Assembly: GCF_006345805.1 (NCBI RefSeq)
Contig: NC_042999.1
Location: 116,560,001 to 116,624,000, forward strand
DNA length: 64,000 nt
Source: Octopus sinensis
Lineage: Eukaryota
Direction: 5' to 3'
The notes below the pieces were generated by a model. It was not told the DNA's origin. It searched no databases and saw only the letters and a program-made list of their open reading frames with translations. Both the position numbers and the translations under genes were made by a program. Shown piece by piece: positions 52,434 to 64,000 of this stretch (positions are counted from its first letter, which is position 1; every line of letters starts with the position of its first letter).

Positions 52434-53726
52434 AGTGTGTGTGTGTATGTGTGTGTCTGTGTGCGCGCGCCTGTGTACGTATGTATATATGTATTTACGT
52501 ACGTATTTATGTATGTTTGTATACATACATACATACATACATACATACATACATACATACATACACGTACATATGTATGTATACAAAGACAAAGATAACA
52601 AACTAATTTCTCTTAATCAGACAGTAGGAAAGCAAAATATATTATCTTTGTGTGCTATCCCAGATAATGATAATTAGGTTGAAATTCCAATGGCGTTTGA
52701 AGTCCACATCCATGCCTACTGCGTAGGTATGACGTGAATTGCCTAGTGTACATACAGATAACATTTTGTGTGGAAACAGTGTATGTAGGTGAGTGTCATC
52801 CACCCGTTTCAAGAAACCAGTCGTTAAACTATAGAAGGAAACTTACGGTCGATATAAATCAAATCTCGAAACATACCAAGATTAATAGAGTGTGACGAGG
52901 GTCTACATTGGTTACTGCGGCAATGGTAAAATTTAAAAGAAAATTTCCAATTCAAGAGATGGAAAATGGGGTAAATTGATGATCTTTGGCATAGGCGTTG
53001 CCAAAGTAATATGAATGCTTTCGCAAAATTTCTCAAAGGTGGAACTCCATTGGTACGCAACGTAGAGGATAGAGAGTTATGACTATTTTGCTCTGCAGGT
53101 ACTTTGAGCGGACAGTGAGCCTCAAAGTGATGAAAGACGCGGTCGTTACGTTGTTTAGCCCCTGGTCAACACAGCCCGAGCATACATATGTGCAAAGGCA
53201 TCCAAACCTAAATCCTCTCGTCTTTTTTATTTATCAACAACTGTATCGCTCAATTAATACTTCCTTATTTAAGAAGCTGGTACGTGATTTGGGCAAGATG
53301 TAGATGTTATTTCTAGTAGATCGAGCGACTTCATAAAGATTGCCCCGTTTGTTTACAAAGGTAAACTCTGTTGGGAACTAAACACCTTGTAATGTGTTTC
53401 TTAATAGAATCGAAGAGTTTGTCTCTGTTGATAATTGAACGCCTTGTTATGTGTTTCGTTAGATCCCAATAAAGAAGGAAATATATTAAATAATCAGGTG
53501 AGGACACAAACTAACTTGAGAGTAGAATGATTGTGGTCACCTTGTTGGTAGAGTGATCTGAAATGTGTTTGCACTTAGTGACTGTGCATTCGTAGGTGGG
53601 GCGTTAGATCAAGGCGTGGAAAAGATTTTGAGAGCTGTATCTTTATCGTGTATTATTTGAAGGAAGACGGCCAGCTAATCGGGTAGCATATCAGCAGAAG
53701 TGTTAAAACCGTTATATTGGTTCGGA

Positions 53727-53960
53727 AGAAGGCGGCGAGCTGGCAGAATCGTTGGCACGCCGGGCGAAATGCGTAGCCGTATTTCGTCTGTCGTTACGTT
53801 CTGAGTTCAAATTCCACCGAGGTCGACTTTGCCTTTCATCCTCTCGGGGTCGATAAATAAAGTACCAGTTTTGCACTGGGTCGATGTAATCGACTTAATC
53901 CCTTTGTCTGTCCTTGTTTGTCCCCTCTATGTTTAGCCCCTTGTGGGTAGTAAAGAAATA
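53727..53960 (+). mobile_element. SINE family A, full length, 14-bp TSD
   Basis: TATATTGGTTCGGA at 53713-53726 and 53961-53974. Confidence 0.9.
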
Positions 53961-54805
53961 TATATTGGTTCGGACCGAGACCTTTTTTTTTTTTATGAAG
54001 AGCTAGGAAGTTGTGCTGCAATATGGGAGATGGGAGACGCAGAAAAAAAGCATATTTTGCTTTCCCTATCGCTTTCTCGCAAGTATAGTAACGATGTTAA
54101 ACAGTTTAGGAGTGCGAATTTCAAATTAAAACAACTGAATATCGGATTAAAACAATCGAAACTCCGATTTAAATTATATGAACTTTAATATAAATTTTTA
54201 TTTATAACAAATGAATATCAAATTAAAATAAATCAAATTCATATTAATATAACTAATGTGGGGTGAGAAAAATTACGCTTAATTTAAAACCTGTTATTTT
54301 GTTCAAATTCATGATATAACTTGACTGAATCAAGGTTTTCTAAACAAGAGTTTTTATTAAAGATTCAGGAGTCTGTCTCAGGCGGGTTGATATTAAACGG
54401 GTTGATAATAATTTTCCTTATTCCCCACAGAGGTTTATGTTTGTTATATCGTAGCTAGCCCAATTAATAATTTATGTGTGATGAAATATTCTTTCTGATT
54501 TTGGCACACAAGGTAAGTAATTCTAAGTGAAGAAGGCAGTCGATTAGATCGACTCCAGTGTATAACTGGTACTTATTTTATCGACCACGAAAGGATGAAA
54601 GGGAGAGTCGACCCCACATTTGAATTCACGACGTAAATTCGGAAGAAATGCCGCAAAGCATTTTGTCTGGCGCGGTAACAATTCTGCCAGCTCGCTACCT
54701 TTGTATGATTGAATATTACAAGTAAAATCTTGGAAAAAAAATAAAAACAGCAATTTTTGTTCGTCGGATTCAACATCAAAATGTATGTAGCATAGGCATA
54801 TGTTA

Positions 54806-55571
54806 TTAGATCGTCAAGTATGAAATTTGTAAAAGGTATATGGTAAACTTTGACAGCTGCTCATTTGACAGCTGCGCCATTATTATATTTTGACAATCTT
54901 TACTTTTTGTTAGAAAGCTGACACATCTATTTCTTTATTCTAGCTCATTTTGCGCTTTTTAAAGTATTTATAAATCGTTTTTTTTTTTTTTGCTATTTTT
55001 GTTTAGAGATGGCTAAGTCGGAAATTCGTATGTGTTTGGTGTTATGGCGCAGGTGTGATCCACCATGAGTTCATTAAACCTGGCTCATCAATCACGGCCG
55101 AAGTATACTGCAACCAACTGAACCAAATGATGCTGAAAATTACCAAAAAAAAAAAACCTAGCCTAGATTAGTCAACAGATCCACTCTTATTTTATTGCAA
55201 GACAACGCCAGACCACACATCACAAAAATGACATTGGCGAAACTACAGGAGTTGGAGTTAGAAGTTCTCCATCATCCACCATACTCATCTGATCTTGCCC
55301 CCACTGACTACCACTTCTTCCAGAATTTGGATAACTTTTTGATAGGAAAAAAATTTAATTTCGACGATGCAGTAAAACAAGCCTTCCAAGATTTTATTGA
55401 CTCTAGATTGCCAGGCTTGTACAGTTCCGGGCTGGACAAGTTACCGCTGAAATGGCAAAAGTCTATTGACAATAAAGTTGCATACTTTGATGAATAAAAC
55501 TATTCCTTGTATTTATAAAACATCAGCAAATTTTTTTTTCTTTTCTACAAATTTCACACTTGACCATCAAA
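54806..55571 (+). mobile_element. Mariner transposon, internally deleted (766 bp)
   Basis: TIRs TTAGATCGTCAAGTATGAAATTTGTA / TACAAATTTCACACTTGACCATCAAA with TA TSDs. ATG at 55009 (MAKSEIR) is joined directly to the catalytic half: QDNARPH, HPPYSSDLAPTDYHFF, KWQKSIDNKVAYFDE*. Confidence 0.92.
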
Positions 55572-55709
55572 TAGTTAATGAAATCGGCTTAATGAGTAGA
55601 AAGACTTTTTCAGAAACTTGGGGTTTGTGGGAAAATCCATTTAAATAAAAGACGTATTTTATTTAAATGACTATAATTACTATCATACAAGATATTTTGT
55701 GAGTAATAT

Positions 55710-56012
55710 AATTATTACCGACAGAAGCAGTATAAATAACAAAAGGTAATATTTATCTCCACTTAAATGTCGATGTTGTGTTAGAACACAGGATACTTTG
55801 ATGGTTATCACGAGAGAACCTCTCATATGAGCTTTTGGTGCATATAAGTGACATAAGCAATATTAATACTAAAAGGTAATACACCAAAAGCCCATATGAG
55901 AGGTTTCCTTATGATAACTATCGCAGTATTCTGTGTTCTGACACAACATCCACTTTTAAGTGGAGACAAATATTGTCTTTTGATATTAATACTATTTCTG
56001 TCGCTAACAATT
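55710..56012. mobile_element. About 300-bp palindromic foldback/MITE-like element
   Basis: Inverted arms of about 130 bp (e.g. GAGAGAACCTCTCATATGAGCTTTTGGTG / CACCAAAAGCCCATATGAGAGGTTTCCTT). A half copy lies at 56236-56340. Confidence 0.75.
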
Positions 56013-56440
56013 ATTTTTAATAAATCTACTGGCTATTTGTGACACCAGTGCCTGATTAGGCATTGAGATTTTATGTATATTGCTATCGGAGATATCACTG
56101 CTATTTTCAGCAGTCTAGTATCTACCATTGACAAGGTCAGAGATGGCTGAAATCACGTGATTTTGTAGTCCTGGTGGTGGTAGGGGCAATGGTGGATGAT
56201 TTATCTCAGCTAGCGATATAACAAGAGTGTTTACATGCACCAAAAACCCATGTGAGAGGTTCTCCTATGGTAAATAATGCAGTATTCTGTGTTTTAACAC
56301 CATCCACTTTTAAAAGTGAGGATACATATTACATTTTAGTAAGTGCTCCTGATAATACGATTAGTTTCTGGTCCAACGAGGAACCCTCTTTGTGGCCTCC
56401 CCTTCTCCTTACTATAACCCTCAAACCACACAAATAGCAA

Positions 56441-57509
56441 CGAGGTTCGGTTGAAAAGTTCATAGGCAGACTATAGAGGAGTGATGCTAGACCTGTAACA
56501 TCTTGCATGCATTGATTACTCATCTTATTAATAACTACATTGTTTCTTTCCAGGCAAACTGACATTTGACTGTTCAACGTAGTCTTCAAAAGTAACGAGT
56601 AACGACTTCTCTAGTTATTCTAATCCTACAATAATCGAAATCTGGCATCATGATGTTATCAAGTACTTACAGAAAAAGGGTTTGGCTTCCAAGGACATTC
56701 ATGCTGACATGGTTGCTACATTAGGGAATGTTGCTCCAGCTATATCAACAGTGTGAAAGTGGGCAGCTGAATTTAAGAGGCAAAGAGGAGTCTTCAAGAT
56801 GACCTAAGATCTGGACGTCCAGCGACTGCTACCACCGGGGAAAACATTCATCGTGTTCACCACACAGTGATGGATGACAGACGATTTGAATATAAATCAA
56901 ATAGCTAATGCTATTAGCATTGGACCAGAGACAAATAGACAATCCATGCAGTGGAAACACCCCTCTTCATCTGCTCCAAAGAAGGCCACGGTCGTTTCAT
57001 TTGCAGGGAAGGTGATGGTTTCAGTTTTTAGGAGATGCAAATGACGTTGTGTTTATTGACTATCTCCAAAAGGGTCACACCGTCATTGGAAAGTACCATG
57101 CCAACTAGCTGAGGCAGATACGAAAGTCTATTAAGACCAAACACCCAGAAAAGTTGACGAAAAGGCTCCAGCACACAAGTCCTTGGTTCCAGTAGCTGTT
57201 GTGCGTGACTGTGGCTTTGAACTGGTTGACCTCTCTCCCTATTTTCTTGATTTAGATTCATCTATCAACTCTTCCCCAACAGAAAAAAACCCCACTTGAC
57301 TGGGGACGGGTATCGCAGTGATGATGACGTTATATTTGTTGATGATAACAGGATGAAAGCTTCTTCACCAATGGAATCAAAGGATTGCAACACGGATAGA
57401 AGAAGTGTGTGGATTGCAAGGGTGGTGTGCTATATTGAAAAATAAACCTCATTTAGTCACATTCATGAGAATGTCTTGGTCAGCCTATAAACTTTTCAAC
57501 CGACCCTCA
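56441..57509 (+). mobile_element. Mariner transposon (irritans/Himar-like), decayed, about 1.07 kb
   Basis: TIRs CGAGGTTCGGTTGAAAAGTTCATAGGCAGAC / GTCAGCCTATAAACTTTTCAACCGACCCTCA with TA on the right. Remnants: DVIKYLQKKGLASKDIHADMVATLG, KWAAEFKR, AGKVMVSVF, APAHKSLV. The subfamily is inferred from recalled motif similarity. Confidence 0.88.
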
Positions 57510-58133
57510 TACACTGGATATTGTAATCCTAGGTATGATTTTCGTGAATAATATTAAAAAGAAAGCGAGATGGTGAAGGTTTGAGTGTCTTTGTTCATAA
57601 ATCTGCTCGCAGAGGATCGACTTCAGATTAAGAACTAAATAAACGTATCTCACACAAGTAAATTACTGCAAAACAATGTAAAACATGTTGTTAGACAAAA
57701 TGGCAGAAGTTCTAAATATCGAAAGTGCAACACCTACAGGCTGCTTTACAAACATACGATTGCCTCTAACCTTAAACCTAAATCTACTCCTGGAGACTAG
57801 ACCGCGACAGCGTAATAGCAACAAGAGTAACAGTAATACTCTCGGGGCGATATCAATCTCAACTTCAAATTATGATAATCTTTAATTGCCAACTGCACAT
57901 TATATTTATTCGTTTATTTATTTAATTATTATTTATATATTCGGCAGACGGCTGCGAGAGTACAGTACTAAAGTATTTATAGACTACTGCACCCATTCTG
58001 CGGTCTATCCCTGTCTCTACCTATCAATTTCTTTACCATTTCATGTTGAAATAACCTAGATTATATGGGTGAATGGTTTTATTAGGTTCTGGCCTCATTT
58101 CCAACCAACAACTGTACTCTAGACACGCACGCA

Positions 58134-58195
<62 letters not shown>

Positions 58196-58315
58196 TATAT
58201 ATAAATGAGTATATGTATATATGTATGTGTGTGTAAATATACTTAAATAAACACATTCACGATCACATGTATATGCGTATGAATATGTATATATGTGTGT
58301 GTAGTTATGCATATG

Positions 58316-58383
<68 letters not shown>

Positions 58384-58485
58384 ATCCAAACAAGAAAACA
58401 CAAAAAAAAACAAAAAACACAGCAACGCGAGGACGTGGAACAAATAAAGTATGATTGGACGCTCAGGAAAGAAGGAAGAAGGAGG

Positions 58486-58520
58486 GTTTAACGTTTCGAG
58501 CGGAGCTCTTCGTCGGAAAC
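58486..58520 (-). ncRNA. Minimal type I hammerhead ribozyme motif (Penelope-type), copy 1
   Basis: The minus strand reads GUUU-CCGACGA-A-GAGC(UCC)GCUC-GAAA-CG-UU-AAAC. It has a 4-bp stem I, a 4-bp stem II, a palindromic ACGU stem III and a GUU cleavage triplet. U4 is replaced by C. Confidence 0.65.
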
Positions 58521-58611
58521 ATAGGAGAAGGAAAGATCCCGAGAAGGGAAGACAGAGGAAAAAAAATCGCCAGTGGTACTCACGAGGTCACATATTGAAA
58601 GGTCACACACA

Positions 58612-58652
<41 letters not shown>

Positions 58653-58772
58653 TATATATAAATGAGTATATGTATATATGTATGTGTGTGTAAATATACT
58701 TAAATAAACACATTCACGATCACATGTATATGCGTATGAATATGTATATATATGTGTGTAGTTATGCATATG

Positions 58773-58835
<63 letters not shown>

Positions 58836-58953
58836 TATATATATATAGTTAATCCAAACAAGAAAACACAAAAAAAACAAAAAACACAGCAACGCGAGGA
58901 CGTGGAACAAATAAAGTATGATTGGACGCTCAGGAAAGAAGGGAAGAAGGAGG

Positions 58954-58988
58954 GTTTAACGTTTCGAGCGGAGCTCTTCGTCGGAAAC
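58954..58988 (-). ncRNA. Minimal type I hammerhead ribozyme motif (Penelope-type), copy 2
   Basis: Identical 35-nt motif 468 nt from copy 1. Confidence 0.65.
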
Positions 58989-59068
58989 ATAGGAGAAGGA
59001 AAGATCCCGAGAAGGGAAGACAGAGGAAAAAAAATCGCCAGTGTACTCACGAGTCACATATTGAAAGG

Positions 59069-59187
<119 letters not shown>

Positions 59188-59206
59188 TATATGTATGTAT
59201 GTTATA

Positions 59207-59565
59207 TAGGATCTTGCAGACAAATCGAGGTCAGATTTAAGCAGTTGACAAAACCTTCCTTGCTTGAAAATCTGATCCTCCTCTTTATTTGTTAGGTAAA
59301 TAGCGAACTGATTCGACAAAAAGAAAGTCATGGAACAACAGAATCGTTCCGCCATTGTTGTTTTGGCGCGCGCCGGGCACTCTGCCAATAAAATTGTTAA
59401 GTTGACGAAACTTTCAAAAGCAACAGGCTATCGTATTTATAAACAATTTAAAGGCGAGAGAAAGATTGATAGAAAAGAACATAAGGCTCGAAGTGATTTC
59501 GAGCGCAGTTTAAAGTTTCTCGCTGGCCTCAAACGCTCGACTGAAACCAACTCACCTACATTCAG
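59207..59565 (+). mobile_element. Tc1/maT-like transposon 5' fragment (N-terminal HTH)
   Basis: ORF 59330: MEQQNRSAIVVLARAGHSANKIVKLTKLSKATGYRIYKQF..RKEHKARSD resembles the N-terminal HTH of maT/Tc1 transposases. It is truncated before the catalytic domain. Confidence 0.55.
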
Positions 59566-59635
59566 CTACATAATGAAATCTTATTTGTAGCAGTGTATTC
59601 AGATGTTTGGTCAGGAGTGTGTATGTGTATGTGTG

Positions 59636-59699
<64 letters not shown>

Positions 59700-59708
59700 C
59701 AGATAGAC

Positions 59709-59785
<77 letters not shown>

Positions 59786-59841
59786 TGCGTAGACACACAC
59801 ATCCACATACATAGATATGTGTGTGTACATATACACGCACA

Positions 59842-60244
59842 TTATTCTTTATTCTTTTACTTGTTTCAGTCATTTGACTGTGGCCATGCTGGAGCACCGC
59901 CTTTAGTCGAGCAAATCGACCCCGGGACTTATTCTTTGTAAGCCCAGTATTTATTCTATCGGTCTCTTTTTGCCGAACCGCTAAGTGACGGGGACGTAAA
60001 CACACCAGCATCGGTTGTCAAGCAATGCTAGGGGGACAAACACAGACACACACATACACATATATATATATATACATATATACGACAGGCTTCTTTCAGT
60101 TTCCGTCTACCAAATCCACTCATAAGGCATTGGTCGGCCCGGGGATATAGCAGAAGACACTTGCCCAAGATGCCACGCAGTGGGACTGAACCCGGAACCA
60201 TGTGGTTGGTAAGCAAGCTGCTTACCACACAGCCACTCCTGCGC
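59842..60244 (-). mobile_element. SINE family C, full length
   Basis: Complete head, internal (TA/TG) spacer, body and TAAAAGAA-type tail. Confidence 0.9.
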
Positions 60245-60315
60245 ATACATATACACATGTATGTATGTGTCTATATATATATGTGTGTGTGTATGCATAT
60301 ATATTTGTATACATG

Positions 60316-60354
<39 letters not shown>

Positions 60355-60390
60355 ATGTATATATCTTTGTATAAACACAAGCACACACAT

Positions 60391-60434
<44 letters not shown>

Positions 60435-60677
60435 TATACGAGGTTTCAATAGACACGTTGTAATGGATACCTTCGAAGACTATGATATAGGATACTATCA
60501 TATTATACACGTTTGAATAAGTATTTTAGATTATGTACTCTTTACTTCTTTCTTTAGTATTCTTTATTTAGTATCAGAATAATATAAAGTTGGTAGTTCT
60601 GCTCTTTAATCTTTCAAGACATCAGTACTTCACTGATGCAGTACACCGGCTGTTCTCTTCTTTTAAATTTACAAGAG

Positions 60678-61690
60678 TAGTTAGTTAGTTAGTTAGTTAG
60701 TTAATTTGGCTCAAAAGCAAATAGCAAGGCCATGTAGGGGGACATGGAGTTAAGTACAGGGTGGTGTTCATGTAAAGAGTTCAGGCCACTTGAGGTCCAG
60801 GGAGGCTTTGAACAAAGCGGTCGTTGGCATCTTCACCATCTCATCTGGCAGCTTGTTCCACGGATCCGCAACCCGGACGGAGAAAGCTTCTCTCCTTCGA
60901 TTGAGATGAAATCGTCGCAGGTAGAGCTTTTCGGAATGACCCCGCAGCCGACGCTCTGGAGCAGGAGTGAAGAACAGCTCTTTCGAGAGGTTACACTTCC
61001 CGCTTATGATGTTGTGAGCGAGAATGAGATCACCACGGCGGCGGCGTTTTTCAAGAGAATAAAGGTCGAGCGTCCTCAGCCTTTCTTCGTAGGACAAATT
61101 TTTGAGACCATGAACCAGGCGGGTAGCCAGCCTTTGGACTCTTTCGAGGTGCTGTATGTCTTTGAGGAGATAAGGAGAAGAGGCTTGAATCCCATACTCC
61201 AATATGGGTCTCACCAGCGTGACATAGAGTGGCAGGAATATGGCTGCTGTGAGCACTCCGAATGACCGTCGAATCAAAAACAGAATTCCGCGCGCTTTGT
61301 TGGCAGCATGGACGCACTGGGCCGAAGGCGAAAAGGAGGAATCCACCAAGATACCCAGGTCCTTTACCTGATCGGTCCTCTCCAGCAGCAGACGACCCGG
61401 CTCGAAATCAAGTTGAGTTGCAGGAGTAGAGCCGACAGGCAGATGACAGCACTTTGACACGTTCAGACACAGGTCCCAATCGTTAGACCACTTCCAAATT
61501 TGGTGGAGGCATCGACGAAGATCCTCTATACTTCCGCGAGGAGCGACCAGTTTGATATCGTCGGCAAATAGAAGGGTGTGTTGCGTGAGGTCGTCGGGCA
61601 AGTCATTTATGAAGACTAAGAACAACAAGGGCCCAAGCACTGAACATTGAGGCACGCCACTGCTCGCACTGGAGACGTCACAATGAAGCG
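60678..61690 (-). mobile_element. Young CR1/L2-clade LINE, 5'-truncated, with an open RT C-terminal frame (60768-61655)
   Basis: SGVPQCSVLGPLLFLVFINDL, LLFADDIKL, QVKDLGILVDS, YVTLVRPILEY, LERVQRLATR, SYEERLRTLDL..LEKRRRRGDLI, RLRGHSEKL, FSVRVADPWNKLP. The 3' UTR has the stem-loop CCATGT-CCCCCT-ACATGG and an (AACT)n tail at 60678-60703. Confidence 0.93.
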
Positions 61691-61866
61691 TGATATACTA
61701 GCAAGCCTGTACTCTAAAACCTCAGCAATCAAGTTCTTTGATTCCAGTCTAACCTATTTACTGCTCGCTTTCACTAAAACTCCCTATGGCAAGAGCCTAC
61801 TAGTGACTGACATAGAAAAGCAGATCTCAAGATCTGGCTTTTCGTAATCCATGTCGGTGTTCATGA

Positions 61867-61935
<69 letters not shown>

Positions 61936-63160
61936 AAAGTGTTTCAGAATGTTGAAATTATGGTTGCCTTGAGACGGCGAGCTGGCACATCGTTACTGCG
62001 CCGGGCAAAATCCTTCGCGTCATTTCGTTCATCTTTACGTTCTGAGCTCAAATTCCGCCGAAGTCAACTTTGCTTTTCATCTTTTCGGGGTCGATACAAT
62101 AAGTACCAGTTGCTGGGGTTGATTTCATCGACTTACACGGGCCCCCGAAATTGCTGGCCTTGTGCCAAGATTTGAAACCGATTACTTTCGATATATTGGA
62201 TGCGAGTATAATAGGACGGTAGTAAATTGGATCAGAGAATTGTCATTTATTTGTTTAGTATTCCAGCAAGTTGAAGAGTTTATCCATCAAACCACCAATC
62301 ATCCCATTGAATCAATGGCCAAACAATAACTATTCAACTATTCAGTTGTCTACAATTTTATTTAACCATTCAGCAATTCACAAGTCAAGCATCATGATCA
62401 GTCAGCCAGCTCTCATTCTAATCCTTCAATAGTCAAACACCTTAACCACTTAAAGCTCCTGTGCGGTACATATTGTGTAGCCTAACCTTAATCTTTTGCC
62501 TGTCTTACACCTCAGTCACTTGGTAACACGTCTTAACCACTCGGCCATCCCAAAACCTGACACTTTAGCTATTCACCTACCACATATCTTTTTAAAAAAA
62601 TAAACACCACAGAAAAATGTTGCTGTGTCCAATACTATACTTCGGGATTTTTCACTTTTATTTATTCATATAACAACTACCTTAGAAACATTGTGTGCCA
62701 ATCCTTTACTTAAAAGAAAAAGAAAATAAAAAGCGAGAGAAAAAAAGAAAAATAAGAAAGAAGTATAAATTGTCAGATTACAGCCAAAGGTTTCAGAAGC
62801 TCTGTCCTTCATTTGCACAAGCTGTAAAGGATGTTGACTCTTTATTGGCTCTTTACATTTAATGACAGCCTTGACATGACACCAACCTGATTTCAGTCCC
62901 CTTTTTTAAGCCTGTTCTCTATTTGCTTACATATTTGTAATTCATTTGGCCTATTTGTTCTTCGAAAGTCTTATTTCTTTTATTTATATTGTTTTTTATT
63001 TATTTATTTTACATCCTCAGATCCCCTTATTCCCGCTTTTCTTCCTCTTTTTCTTTCTGCCTGTTTTTGTTTGTAGATTTTAATACTTCCAACCTCTATC
63101 TTCCACTTTCACTGCTTTTTCGAAATTATATGAGATATCACAAACAGCTGAGTTAGAGAT

Positions 63161-63494
63161 TTCTAAAGACTAAAGACTCCGCCGGTTACGACGACGAGGG
63201 TCCCAGCTGATACGATCAACGGAACAGCTTGCTCGTGAAATTAACGTGCAAATGGCTGAGCATTCCACAGACACGTGTACCCTTAACGTAGTTCTCGGGG
63301 ATAATCAGCGTGACACAGAGAGTGACAAGGCTGACCCTTTGAAATACAAGTACAACTCATTTTTGCCAGCTGAGTGGACTGGAGCAACGTGAAATAAAGT
63401 GTCTTGCTCAAGGACACAACGCGTCGCCGGGAATCGAACTCACAACCTTACGATCATGAGCCGAATGCCCTAACCACTAAGCCACGCGCCCTCA
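63161..63494 (-). mobile_element. SINE family B, B1 body, full length, 13-bp TSD
   Basis: CTGAGTTAGAGAT at 63148-63160 and 63495-63507. Confidence 0.9.
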
Positions 63495-63717
63495 CTGAGT
63501 TAGAGATACATAATACGTAACAGCCAAATTATTTGATGCGATTAAGAGTAACTCTAAGTGGATTCTTGGGTAACTATGATAAATACTATAAGTGTTAAAA
63601 GAGATATGATATATATCACCACAATGAAACAAATAAATGGAGCTGGAATAATATCTGTTACACACTTGAAGTTATAAACAATCATATATTAACGATTTAA
63701 TTAGCATGATTTAATTA

Positions 63718-64000
63718 GGCGCAGGTGTGGCTGAGTGTCAAAGGAGATTGCTTCCCAACCACATGGTTCAGGGTTCAGTGACACTTTGAGTAAGTGTTTT
63801 CTGCTACAGCCTCTGGCCGACCAAAGCCTTGTGAGCGGATTTGGTAAATGGAAACTGAAAGAAGACTGTATGTGTGTGCGCGCGTCTTTGTGTTTGTATT
63901 TGTCCCTCCATCACCGCTTGATAGCCCGTGTTGGTGTGTTGACGTCTCCGTAATTTTGTGGTTCGGAAAAAGAGACCAATACAATAAATACTAGGCTTAA
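63718..64000 (+). mobile_element. SINE family C, runs off the window end
   Basis: AGGCGCAGGTGTGGCTG..CCAACCACATGGTTCAGGGTTCAG head and body. Confidence 0.85.

Noticed and set aside
60744-61265. 173-aa + strand ORF
   Set aside because: It is the antisense shadow of the CR1/L2 RT frame.

Overview
AT-rich, repeat-saturated eukaryotic DNA. The SINE families and microsatellite spectrum resemble a coleoid cephalopod, probably Octopus; this is recognition from memory, not a database result. No host protein-coding gene, rRNA, genuine tRNA or CRISPR array can be supported, so the window is probably intronic or intergenic. Most ORFs in the supplied track are microsatellite translations. Supported content includes more than 30 tRNA-derived SINE copies from three families, several with clean target-site duplications (TSDs). 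There are five LINE remnants: two decayed RTE-like RT regions, an RTE 3' end, an R4/Dong-like restriction-like-endonuclease (RLE) LINE with extra 3' ends, and a young CR1/L2-like copy with an open 295-codon frame. DNA transposons comprise two mariner elements with TIRs, mariner- and hAT-derived MITEs, and maT/Tc1, hAT and piggyBac-like scraps. There is also a 100-N gap with a duplicated flank. The most interesting signals are (1) Penelope-type minimal hammerhead ribozyme motifs, including an identical pair 468 nt apart in a tandem duplication with retrozyme-like geometry, (2) an RLE LINE family whose junctions all fall in (CATA)n microsatellites, and (3) several near-perfect long hairpins that are candidate dsRNA/ADAR substrates.
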